Of a stretch of DNA of 64,000 bases, positions 26,589 to 39,300 are shown piece after piece. Every line of letters starts with the position of its first letter. Position 1 is the stretch's first letter. A model generated the notes under the pieces. The model was given only the letters and a program-made list of their open reading frames with translations. It was not told the DNA's origin and did no database searches. The translations under genes were made by a program, and so were the position numbers. The DNA is from Glaucostegus cemiculus (Eukaryota): positions 1,054,001 through 1,118,000 of the forward strand of contig CDPCPM010000280.1 in assembly GCA_976551045.1 (NCBI GenBank), given 5' to 3'.

Positions 26589-27067
26589 CAGCGGTTTTCA
26601 AACATCTCTCTGGAGTTCCTCACTATTTCATTCCCAGGGACACCACCACAAAATGTGGTCACCTTCTTGGAGATCTAGATCATAAAAATGACGTATCCTT
26701 CAGGTACTCCTGTAATTATTGACAAGCTGAGGGATCCTCTGTAAGCACTGAAACATTCCTTAAATACTAACAAACAATGGGTATTTTCCAGGGGTCCCCT
26801 ACAGATATTGGCACATGAGGAACAGCTATTTACACATTCCTAAACCTCCTCACTAAAAATTACCCATGTAGGATTTATCCCAAAGTAGAAAGATGTTTTC
26901 GGACATGCAACAGAACAGTGTTATTGTTCCAAAAATTATTTATTTTTGTATTTGTGATTAATTAAATTAGTAAATACAGAAACTGAGAGAGATCCTCTGA
27001 CTACAGAGACATGCTGTCATCACTTTGTAGATCCCATTATGTGGGAGCTCCAGTTTGAAAACCTACG
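26589..27067. mobile_element. Old non-autonomous hAT (Charlie-like) DNA transposon / MITE
   Basis: Inverted termini CAGCGGTTTTCAAAC (26589-26603) and GTTTGAAAACCTACG (27053-27067), 12/15 match; TSD decayed. Confidence 0.55.
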
Positions 27068-28064
27068 GTCTGCAGAGCAGTATGCCATCAAAGTCATGCG
27101 CTTGTTAAGATAATGTTTCATATTTAAGCCTATGGAATTGCTCTGAGATAGAGAAACAGAGCCTGGTAACATGTGACATAAACTGGCAAAGGTATGTACT
27201 ACAGGGGAGCTGCATGCTATTTATATTGAAGACTATCCTCCTTATAGAGGAGTGCATCCTTTTATGTGAATATTGAAGTGATGAGCAAAACAAATCTAGA
27301 TACAGTGAACACCTGCACAGTCCAAACTTCAGATTTAAACTTATAAGAATTTGGCAATAAGAAATGGCAATCCTGCTGCATTCAGCTTTCTCACCTGCAT
27401 TCCTCCCCAACTAATCCTCTGTTATCTCAATCAAAGAACAAACGCAACCAGTGTTACATGTGCACCATGACCGGTAGCAATATGTTACAATTCCCTCCGT
27501 TCCTGAAAGTGTTGATCCTGCTAGGATACAGTTCCTTCATGACTTGCACCATTTGGAACGCTATCCGAGTTACCAACTTTTGTGGTATTGGCCTTTCCAA
27601 CTGTTCTCAGCTTGAACATCAGTACTCTTAGAGCTGTATCTTTATGAAGCTTCTTCATTGGTTCCTCATTTAAAAACAATTAAATTGCTGGCATTTATCC
27701 ATGCTGCCTGCTGGTTGGGTGAGTAAACACACTCTGCCTCTTGCATTGCTACCCTCATAAAATCCAGCTTTGATCTTTTATTTGATTTAGCTGTTTCCTT
27801 CCATTGCCTTACCACCACAATCTATGGTCCCTGCACCCCAGTGACAAATGCTGAAGACTGGGCATGTCCAACCAATGGGCAAGAACAGGATTGGGATCCA
27901 TTGCAATGTCCTCCTGTAGAACAATCTCTTTAGGAATACCCACATAGCGCAGGGAACATCCATGTCTCTAGCCAACCAGGAGAGAACAGGAATAAGAATA
28001 AATGTTGGTTAAGATTATTCATTTTTATTTTATTTGGTTCTGGGAGAATTTCTACCTATTTGTC

Positions 28065-28117
28065 TGTGTGTGTGTGTGTATGTGTGTGTGTGTGTGTGTG
28101 TTTGTGGTGTGTGTGTG
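28065..28117. repeat. Imperfect (TG)n microsatellite
   Basis: Directly visible. Confidence 0.95.
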
Positions 28118-31100
28118 GCAGCGTGAGGGAGCTATTTTGTGAATTGATGCCTAATATCTTTCTGAATGAAATATTATCTATTTTTAAACTTAATGCATTC
28201 AAGCAAACAGTGAATATCAGTAAGTTCTGACAGTGAGAGCTGTTAATGGAACAAATCACCATCAACATGGAATCTTTTGTTTGCCTGCTTTTAATTCACA
28301 ATGGTATGCTTCACTGTAATGGATGTTTGAAAACGTCATCTCTCTCCTAATTGCCAATACTCAGCCCTCACCATCCCAGTTCTTACAAAAGCAACTAAAA
28401 AGGAAAATTGCAGCCTTATTGTTGTATCTGCATCATTTTTAGCCTTTTCATCAGCACAACTAAAATTAGATTGAATTGTTATCTGCAATTAGCAGTGACG
28501 TCTTGTCTGACCAGTTCTTGAGTTGATGAATTGGGTGAAGAGCCAAACCCAACAAACCAGCGGCACCACAGCACTTTGTAGGAACAGACAAGAGTGGTTG
28601 AATCAAGAACTAACGATTATACAGGGATATAAAAGCTTATTGATAAGGGGAACAGAGAGGGAAGAGTGAGGAATGGGAAAGGTTCAGCGGCGTTGAATGT
28701 TAGAGATGGTTTGACATCTTGATTTCAAGGCCCAGACTTTAAAGAATGATGAATCACAAACCAAGCAACAATTTGTAATGAATTTCATTTGATCTTAAAG
28801 TAAAATTTAAAAAGAAAATGCTTTAAATTTGCTGTGTGTTCATCCCCCTCTAGCTCTGCAAATCTGGCATAATGCCAAGAGAAATGGCATCAAGAGACTG
28901 AAAAGGCCACTTATGTCACTTCTCCAGGATCTCTATTGAAATTTTGCACAGAGAATCTCCTACAAGCTCTTCTCCATAGAAACTACAGATAAAATCAAAC
29001 CACTTGTGGAGAATCTTTCGATATCCTAAGAAGTTCTGTTTGATTCTGGCAGTGAAGGGTAGAGGATTTATCACACAATTAACAGAAAATTCCTTTCAAT
29101 CTCACCCAATTAGAAGAAACCTCGTTCACAGTGTATTTGGAAACATGCTGAACCTTTCTGCTTGTATGGGGTATTTTACCTCCTGCCCTTGGATCTTATA
29201 TGCCAGCCTGTAGTCATGGCACAGTGAAGAGCAATCTTCTGAATCATGCGGTTCAAGTCCTGCTGATAAAATTTAGCACATAATTGGGATCGTAGTTAGA
29301 ATTGACATTCCCAGTGTAATTCAGTAGGAGTGTTACAAAGCCATAGGTGATGTGCTTTAGAGGAGATGTTGAAATGAGATTTTCAGCTTTCTAAGGAAGA
29401 TATAAAAGATTCTATGACTGTTCTTTAGAAATTAAATAAGCCAAACCAGGGTGGAGGTAAGGTGCAGATAACCTTTGATCTCATTGAATGGGAGAAACAG
29501 AAACAGAAACAGCTCAAGGGGCTACTTCTTTCTGGTCAGCATGGACAATTTGGACTGAAGAGCCTGCTTACAATGATGTGCAGGTCCATGACTTTATTGA
29601 TATTCATTATGACAAACAGAGAAACTAGTGCTACACTGGTGCTACTATAAATCAGACCAGCCAGTTATGAATTGGTTCTGACCCACCCTCTCCAAGTGTG
29701 CAGTCTGCTAGCCTCCTGCTCTCCACAGGGAGAACAGGAACACAAACCCAAGGATTTTAGGGGTTAAAGCCTCACTCACTGGGAGTGCGGGCAATACAAC
29801 AAGTACTAAAATCTGTTTTCTGGCACATTGAATTTTCTAGTGATCATTTTTATCCTGGTTTTTGCAGGATGTACAGAATAAATATTTACCTTAATCCCTC
29901 TGGTTTCTGGTTAAAGCCAATGTGAAGACCAGTCAACAATGATTTATGTAGTGGTTTCAACATAACGGAGTGTTTTTAAGGTACTTAACAAGTTTTTCAA
30001 ACAAATTTTGAGATCACACCAGAGAAAGAAACACGAGGACAGATAACCAAACATTTTATGACAGAAATACATACTAAGGAGTATCTCAAAGCAGAAGTGG
30101 GGATTGGGGGGGGGCAAAGAGTCAGAGAGGTTTGAGGTAAAGACAGAGCCACCATTGTTGGGATGAGGGTATTGGGGCAGGCAGGGGTGGAAAGGTTTTC
30201 ACAAGATGCAGGTGAGAGGGAACATTGGAGTAGAAGTCCAGGGAGGCAGTGGTAAAAAAAGCCTGGTCCCTCTTTTCACTAGGGACTCATCCTGAAGAGT
30301 TCTTAGGGTTAGAAGGCTGGTGGGGTCAGGACGAAATCTATCAACAATCCATCTCTGGTAACAAAGCCATTCCACCAACTCTTTACACGTGAATGCTGAA
30401 GCATTGGATTTAGCTGGGCCAGAATGCTCTTTGCAGTAGAATAGTCTTCTCACTCAGACCGTTTTCAAGAAGAATGGACATATAGGAAGGCTACTGAGGA
30501 ATTTCTGGAGTTTGTTGGTATATGCTTGGGTCCTCCGATCTATGACACAGCCATTCCAGTCAGCAAGCTTTTCACAAAAAATACATGTCTCAGCCCTACA
30601 TGCAAGGTTGATCTTTTTTAATCTCAACTAATTTTGTGTCATTAAATTTGTCTGAGTTCAGGATCTGAATTAATCACAGATGTTTAGGCTGGAAAGCTAA
30701 TCAAGAATGTATGCTACAAACTGTTTGTTGATTAATTCAGTGAAAAACTCAGAGAAATACAAGCCAAATTATTTTCAGAGTTTTCTGGAAAATTTTCTGT
30801 TCAAGTTGATAGAGTACTCTGTTGTTCTCCATAGGCCAATGCTGAAATCAAGACCTACCCCATGCCACCTGTTGCAATGCCTTTTTTTGTTACAATGCTT
30901 GTGTTCACTAAAATGAGGAATGTTGGTGTTGAGACTGAGATACTTTAGACATATCTCATTCACAGCTCATCTATTGCACAGTAACTGCAGATTAAAGATT
31001 TCTCTACTCTGAGCTAGCACTTTGCTGCAAAATTTGGTGCTTGGATCTCAAGAGTGTTGAATTGCTTTTGAAATGGAGGTGCACATCTGTCAAGCAGATC

Positions 31101-31749
31101 AAACTGGTTATCATTTTGTTCAGGGCATCATTGCCCTTTGGAAATATCAGAGTAGGCAAATCAGCAATGCACAGGTGATTTGACACCACTGCTGTAAAAC
31201 TGGAGTTCCATGCACCAGCTAACACCCTACCTTAATCTCACACAGCAGAACATACAGCTGAAAGAGATTATCAACTAGTTGGAGATAAATTTCTGATTGA
31301 TTTTGCAGTTCCACAAGACTTTAGTGCTCTCAGTAGTGCTTAAAAATTGTTGAAGTTTAAAAGGAGTTTTGTGCCAGATGCTGAATAAGCTTGTGTTGAC
31401 TTTGAACAAATCACTTATTCTCAACATGGGTGCTGGTAGACATTCCCTGTGGAATACAGCATGACTGGGAGGGCTCACAGAGCTACCAGAAGAGGGAGGA
31501 AAAGGGGGGGAGAAGGACTCTCAATCCAGGATACTGTTCTGCTTGCTGAATCTCATGGAAGGACAGTGTGGCAGCCGGTGCTTCATTAAGGATGGCCTCA
31601 CTGAAAAATGCCACAATTCCACCACAATGTGTGTTGAGGATCACATCACCAGTGCTCGTCAAAGTCATTGTGACTGTGAACTTCTAGGGGTGTGGCATCT
31701 TTCAGGCTGAAGCAAGAAATATTGGCAACAGCTTTCAGATTGTGACCGT

Positions 31750-32170
31750 TGTATTGGTTTATTATTGTCATTTGTACCAAGGTACAGTGAAAAACTTGTC
31801 TTGCATACCAATCATACAGGTCAATTCATTACACAGTGCAGTTACATTGAGTTAGTACAGAGTGCATTGAGGTAGTACAGGTAAAATCAATAACAGTACA
31901 GAGTAAAGTGTCACAGCTACAGAGAAAGTGCAGTGCAATAAGGTGCAAAGTCACAACAAGGATGATTGTGAGGTCAGAGTCCATCTCATCGTATAAGGGA
32001 ACAGTTCAATAGTCTTATCACAGTGGGGTAGAAGCTGTCCTTAAGCCTGGTGGTACGTGCCTTCAGGCTCCTGTATCTTCTACCTGATAGCACAGGAGAG
32101 GAGAGAGAATAACCCAGGTGGGTGGGGTGTTTGATCATGTTGGCTGCTTTGCCAAGGCAGCAAGAGTCCT
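31750..32170 (-). mobile_element. Rex1/Babar-type retrotransposon 3' fragment
   Basis: Colinear with 3832-4225 (ttggtttattattgtca...gtacagtgaaaaactt...gtagaagctgtcctt.agcctggtggtac). Confidence 0.85.
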
Positions 32171-35100
32171 AAGGGAGCATAAGGGAAAGGTTGCATAAGG
32201 GAGAGGTCACTGATACACTCTAATCCAAAAGAGGAGTCAATTTCACTCTCTCTTGGCAGATACCAGCAGGCAGAGGAAGCTTGCAGCTTTGGGAGAATTT
32301 GCATGCTTCTCCATGGCACAGAGTGTCACTGGCTCTGTGCATGCTGTTTTGAAGGTGCCATGTGCAGGAACCCAAAGGGATTCCACTTCCTTATTTGGTG
32401 GCTGGTTTGTGACCAAACAGTGCATCCTGCAGGTCGACCCCTGATCTCCTGGGAACAGTCAAACTGTATTCATTCTGATGCTGTCCAGTAATAACACATA
32501 TGTTTCTGAGGATCCACCAGAGGGTAACTGTTTTATGATAAAGATTATCTGCTAGGCTTCAATGCACAACCCATTCACAGGTGGGCATTGCACATCAAAT
32601 GAATGCCATGCCATAAGAAATGTGATGAGGCAGCCCATGGTGTTTTCAAATAGTACTTCATTGCCTGGCGCATTCTGGAGGAGCCGTGCAGAATTGGGTC
32701 TCAAGATTCATGGTAATTTGCTGCTTGCTCCATAGCCTTATCAGAATAATAGTGAACCTGTCCAGTGGGCAGCTGTGCAGCAGCTGGGAAGACACACCTG
32801 ACCAATATATGCAAACCCAGTTTTCCATTCACTGGCAGCCCATGTCATACCTTCCCTCACTGCCTTTGCTTGGCAACAGTTCTAAAATAAAGGCAATTAT
32901 AGAATAAAAGTTCCAAACTTTTAAGTCAAAATCTGTCAATTGCTTACAAAAATTAGTCACTTGTGTGCATTCCCTTTATTCCTGTCCTCCATATGCATTT
33001 TCCTGCCCTAGAATCCCAGTGCAGTGCTGACCCTCGTCTTTCTACATGGGTTTTCTCATAAGTTTCCCACTGCATTTTATTGTGCCGGTCATCTGACCTC
33101 AGTAACTGTACAAGCCCCATCAAAGTGCATGTCTGTGACATCCGCAGCTGAAACCTCACTTTCCTTTTTTCTTGCCTTTGCTGCAGGCCCAGTGTCTCAG
33201 CATAGGTGGGCTCTGCTTTCATGTTCACCTCCAAATTACTTGTGTTGTTGTTTACTGAACTGTTGGCTCTGAATGCCGAACAAGTCACAAATGTCTCTCC
33301 ATCAACAGTCCATTCTTACTCTTCCATGGAGGCCTGCCCAGGTGGTGATTTTTGGCTGTCAGATTGGACAATGTTGCAAGTGGAGGAAAGGGAGGGAAAG
33401 ACTGTTTACAACTTATACAGATGACCTGTAAATCAGAGGAGATTGTGGGATGCTATGAACTGGAGGATTAGAAATGAGGACACCATCTTCCTTCATGGTT
33501 TTCACCCCCACCCACAGGTCACAGACTTAGTTACTGTCACACCAGTATTATCAAGCAGGTTTTTCCAGGGAGACAAGTTGGTGGAACTGCACTTTTCCCC
33601 TGCTGGTTAGCTGTTGCCCTGGTTGTGCACTGCCTTGTCCTGTGATAGAGAGGAAAGTGTGTCAGCATTGTGCAGTCTATTTAGGTAAAGCAGCTATCAC
33701 ATAAATAACCTGCAGTGTGTGAAAGCTGTGAGATGTGGTTGTGAGACTTGTTATACAAAGTATCGCAGATTGTGATGAAATTTATGAATATTAGGCCCAA
33801 GCGTCATTGTAAAAGGTTGCTAGTGGTTGAGTGATGAGGGTGTGGTACACCGAGATATGTTTGCGGCTGCTGGTGCTATTGGTGGCATTTGAAGATGCAT
33901 TCATGGCTTTGATCATTGATGTGAGGTCATTGAATTTCTAATGGCACTGTATCTAGGTCCTCAGTGGTTGAATCCTGGCCTTGACTCCACAGCTATCTGT
34001 TCCTATTGCCTTCTGTGTGAGGCTGGAGGACCACCTACTCCGAAGGCCTTCAGTTTAACATAGGAGAGCTCCAGATTCTGCTCTCTCCTGTGCCATGCCA
34101 CTCTTGAATGTCCCCTAGGTCACCTTAAATTCCAGAACACACGTCAGCACCTACCCCAGCCTCAGAACACCTTCCTTTAAGAAGTGCAGACTGACTTTAA
34201 GTAAAGTTGACTTGCTTTGATTAGTACTCATCACTCACAAAATTGGGTCCCCTGTGAAAGCAGCGCACCAGTGAAAAGGATACCTGCCCTCTGGACTGCA
34301 CACTGAAACTATTACCATTCTCAGGCAACACATGTGGCAGCTGCAGGTTACAAAAGATCACCATGCAGGTTTTTTGAGAACCATCCAATTTAGTCCCCTC
34401 TGTATCTCAGAAGAATTCCTTTTACTACATTAATAAGACATTATTTTCAGCAACAACTATCTCAAACCAGTGTCTGTGACATTGCCAATTTAAGAGCAGC
34501 TTGTTTTTGCCATTGGTACAATTCCATTAGGAATGAGGCTTGCCAGGTCAGAAAGCAAAGAGCCTTTTAATTATGGGATTGGATGGAAACAGCCCTCTGT
34601 ATCCTGTCTCCTGTATGTTATGAATAACTTCTTTGAAAAACATGCAAATAATTAATTTATACCTTTATGTTCTTTCTCCTGAGTTGTTGCCCACAGCAGT
34701 TTCTTGGAAGTCGTCTTTATTTCCTGCAGCCTCCAGGGCTCATTCTCCCACTGTGGGCTAGGTCTGAATTCAGCTATTGGTGATGAAAATCCAGTGTCTG
34801 GTCAATCCAATGACCTGTGGCTATTTCTCACCTCAGCTCCTTTGGCTGATCTCAGAATCGATTCCGTGTATACAGAGGTTAGGTGATCTACACGCAAGAC
34901 AGAGCTGGGGTGGATCACTTGTCCTCAGCAGTGCTACGCCTCTCCCTCCAGTGTGAGAAAGACTCACCAGTGTTGGCCTTCACAGCCAAACGGCCAGTCG
35001 GACTACTCATTGAGGCTAGAGAACCACCCTGTCCTTTGCCTCACCCCTTAAACATGAAGAATGATCATATGTGAGGGTTAGGAAGATGGTGGAGTCAACA

Positions 35101-36289
35101 TTTAGGTCCCTAAGTTTTCAGCTCCGGAGGGGAAAGGGACAAATAAGGAGAATTTGGAATGATGACTGAATGGGTTCTAGAGAAACTATGAAGTGTATAA
35201 TCAGGGTTTGCCAAACATTGTTTTTATTATCTTGCCAACCATCCCACAACACACCGGGCAATCATGCCCTACTCACACCAGAAACCTTCCATCAGCACCA
35301 CTTCTCACCTCTGCCCCCTGGATGTGGAGGGGCTCGGGAGAATCTGAGAGACATGTAGAGTCTCCGTGGAGAGTTTATCCCAACATCATTTGCTTCAAAG
35401 TTTCTGAAGTTATACAGTACTCAGAAAGGAACTGCCACTGTTTTTCACTCCAAGGATGGCCATTATGGAGCCATTATTTCTAGAACCAGCTTTCAAGCCA
35501 TTCAGAGCTGCTTTTGGTACATATCAACCAATCAGAATCAGCTCTGAAAAGCATAGGATCTACTTCTAGGAAGCAGCGGGTTTCATTCTTGCAGAGTGGG
35601 TATTGCAGGTAAGATGGGCGTTTACTACCCATGCCTGGATTCCCTGAGATGGTGGTGAAGGGCCGCCCTTGAACCACTGCAGTGATGTTCTGAAAGAGCA
35701 GTCATGACTTCAGAAGGCAATTAAGCTTCACCTGTGTTGAAACGGGACTGGAGTCACATAGTGGTCAGGTTTACTTCCTTAACGATCCCTAGAGGTTTAT
35801 TTTTTACAACAATTCGATGCATTCATAATCACTTTTATTTCCAGTTAGTTTTTAATAAAGTCAAATTCTCAGACAATCATAATGAAATTTGAACTTGTTC
35901 TTTATGGATTAGTAGTCCAACTCTCTGGGTTATTAGAAGAGTAACATTTCTGCTGCCTGCTCTACTATAGATCTAACTGTGTCAGCGTAGGGATTTGAAA
36001 CCAGGGTCACAGAGGTAAAAGTATAACTGATCACTTCGGTCCATGCTGTGACAATGTTTACCATGAAACTTGAACCTTTTTTTAAAGAGGATTGTTGTCT
36101 TGCACACAATAAGACTTGAGAGGCCTCTTTCTGTGCTGTATCATTCTATGATTGAGCCTTTTCCAACTATTGTTACCCTTTAACCACCAATGTTACTGAT
36201 TATTCCATGTTAACGCGTCCTTGGTTTATAAATTGGTTCTAATATCTGTAACATGATTTTACTCTTTTTCTCCCTCTCCTTTCCTTCAG

Positions 36290-36322
36290 AGTGAAAGAAT
36301 TGAGAAAGGCCAAGGAACCTGA
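36290..36322 (+). CDS. CAMTA1: CAMTA1 terminal exon, frame used when the 31-nt exon is included (SERIEKGQGT*)
   Basis: Long polypyrimidine tract, then ttcag|AGTGAAAGAATTGAGAAAGGCCAAGGAACCTGA; matches the C-terminus of canonical human CAMTA1. Confidence 0.93.
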   Translation, partial: SERIEKGQGT

Positions 36323-36353
36323 AGATTTACAGAAGCACCCCATAGCAATGTAA
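36290..36353 (+). CDS. CAMTA1: CAMTA1 terminal exon, frame used when the 31-nt exon is skipped ((R)VKELRKAKEPEDLQKHPIAM*)
   Basis: AG from the 75-nt exon plus A gives Arg; open to TAA at 36351-36353; similar to the tetrapod isoform end RVKELKKAKELEDIQQHPLAM. Confidence 0.9.
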
Positions 36354-39300
36354 CATTGCTTCCTGACTGTTTTCTTTATGTTTATATCAGAGACATTTAC
36401 AAAGATCACTAGAGATTTGGGAAGATTAGCAACACTCTCATCGCAACAAGGCTCTAGAAACTTTTTTTCTCTCGACCACATCGGCACTTTTATGGAACTT
36501 TTTTTAAAGAAAACAAAACAAGGCGCCATAGAACTTGCAATTTATTGTTTTAAGAACTTGAAAACTAACTTGTAGAATGAAATAACCTCTTTACCAGCCT
36601 GGTGCGTAGTACTGTAAACTTGTGTCAAGGTTTGCAACACAAAAAAAGGGGCTTTTTTGTCAGGATTAAGCAAATGTATGTAGAGATATCAAAGAGTGAA
36701 GAAAAGCAGGTCAGTGCACTGAGGGGAGTGTTAGACTGAAAGGAAAGGTGATGCTCAGCTTATGTGGACCCTGAGCCAGGGAGTCACAGGTTTTGCATGT
36801 TGTTCTCTTGGGTGTGATCATGGCCGCACTGCGGTGATAGGGACTGGTCCAATACTAGGCGTGGGACTTTTTCTCTTCTAACTTCTTCCTTGATTTCATC
36901 AAATCCTGCTGTCGGTCTGTACTAGAATAGAACATACTCTGTGGGTAGGAGAAAGGAGTAAGAAGTGGAGAAGAGCCCTGCCTCCAGATGTTTGATGCAG
37001 GAGATGTGCAATTTGCCAAATTATGGAAGTGGCCAGTGGCTGCATATTATTTGTTCATTCAGTTAATTAGGTCAAAGTGCCTGAAGTCTGGTATATTTCC
37101 CTTATCTGTTCTCTCCTTTTCTGACTAGAACCCTCCAGTCCAGAAGTACTGCGGTCTTAAAACCTCCTTAAGGACCAGTGATAGCTTCTTGGGGCCAAAC
37201 GTAGAGAGCAGCTTGAACTATGATTTGTTTTCTATACATTAGTCCAACTTTGTGGATATTTGGTGTGTTTGTGTGTTTGCGTGCTTAAAACCAATCAATG
37301 TTTTGGTCATCCTTCAGCCCACACTTAGTTGTAAACTGTGAAGGAAATCAGAGGTTTAACAACTTCTGAAGTCCCAGAGCCTTGCTATTTTGGAGATACT
37401 CATCACTGTAAGATCAGGTAGCAAGCTGGACTAAATCAAGGTGCTTTAAAATATTCCAGACAGCTGGAAGTCATTTAGTAAATCTGCTATTAACTTTACC
37501 CCAGAGTCAGCCTAATGGGTTATGCAGTGCAACGAAAGATGATTTATTACTAACAAGAGCAGAATTTTGAAGTCTAGGTATTCTCTTCGCTAATCTGGAG
37601 GGACAAAGATGAATAGTCAAGTCTGTGCTACTGGGATGATAGTCACTGCTCAGAAGAAGTCCTGTCAGAGTACTTTGCCTACTTGTGCATCCTCTGGCAT
37701 CAGATCGTTGTTCATATGTGAGCCCAAAGAGTGAGATTTGGCAGGCTGTTTGCCTGTAAGGGACTTCATAGCTAAGACCATACCCTATGTTACCCGATGC
37801 AACACATGCACACTTTTTTATAACTGGGCTCACTGGTTCATGATTGAGAGCAGAAAAGCCAGCTAATTTTTCCCTTGATCCCAATCTAATGAGGAAGGAC
37901 CATCATGTAACAGAGTCCATGCATTCTTAAGTTTGGTGTTTCAAAATCTGCAGCCTACATGAATGCTGCAGATCCCAGAGCAGGACCAGGATTGAATGCC
38001 TCAGAGAGACACTGAGTTATACAGTCAGAGAGCATTTTATCTCCTTCCCTCTAGACTCCATGGAGACTAGGTCACTCCCAATCTGATTAATTATGTGCAA
38101 TGTACAATAAGTGGATCTATAACATCTTCATCTCAATCTATGTATTATGCATTGATGGAGTTTGGTGGAGTAACCTACACTACACAAACAGCATGCAGCA
38201 TATAGAGCCAGCCAAGTATTCATAACCCCCTCAGGTGCTACATTGATATGTATGGGTGATTTAAATAAGTTTAAAAAATAATGAAGTGATGGAGTGACTG
38301 TGTGTATAAATTATTATTGTAGAGTTTTTTAAAAATGTGCTATCAAATCTTAGAGAGTTGCTGGAAATGAGATTTTAAGATGTTTTTTAGGTCACCTCAA
38401 GATAGACACCCAAAGCAAGAAGCCCTGGCTTGTCTGCAAATGCACCCTTCCACTGTTTTATTTATGCCATTTATTCTCCTCCTCTCTTCCCTTCTCCTTG
38501 TCTCTTGAAGGGCATTACTGGCTACAGTTCAAGCCCCAGGTGCTGTCTATGCACCGGCCAATATACAACTCTCAACTAACACCTCTGTAAACAATCTATC
38601 TTAAATTGGCTGCTGTGTTTCTTACATTATGACAGTGTTAAAAATTAGTTAATTAGCTGTAAAGCATCTTGGGACATCCTAAGGGTGCTTCATCCAAGCA
38701 TTTTCTCGGACAAGGGACAAGGAGTTATCTCTGCCCAAGCCAGCATCTTGATGGTGTCAACATGAGGAGCCCAGACCTTTCTGGCTGTAAGCAAAGAGAC
38801 TGATAACTTAAGTTCCTGTTTCTCCATGCTGGCCAATCATCAGTGTTATGTTGATTCGAAAATCAACCATGAGGGACATATCCTTTCACCAACAGCCAGC
38901 AATTGGCCTGGTCTTCCTAAGGCCAAAGGTCAGTGAGAGAGAGGATTCAATTTTCCCAAGTGTGAGTAAGTAGTATTAAGAGATTTAAGCTGGCCCTACT
39001 TTCCTACAAACAGATAAGGCCTCCCAAGGCTAACAGTATTGAAGGTGGCTCAGCCTTATTTTCCAGATTGTATGCCAGTTGGGGAAGTTGAAGAAAAGCA
39101 ATGTCTTCTATTGGACCATCTATTTTGCTGTTGTAAAGGGGCAGGAAACTTGGATTAGGTTTGTACTGAGATACAGACAGAAACCCAACCAACCCTCCAT
39201 AAACTCATGCGGGTATAGGGCCCTTTGTTACGGTCAAGTAAAAAAAATTGCTGAGCACTCTATGGACCCGATCTACATTGAGAACACCATGCAGTTTTAT

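Noticed and set aside
36639-36660. Rho-independent-terminator-like hairpin acaaaaaaaggggcttttttgt
   Set aside because: Weak A/U stem within a eukaryotic 3' UTR
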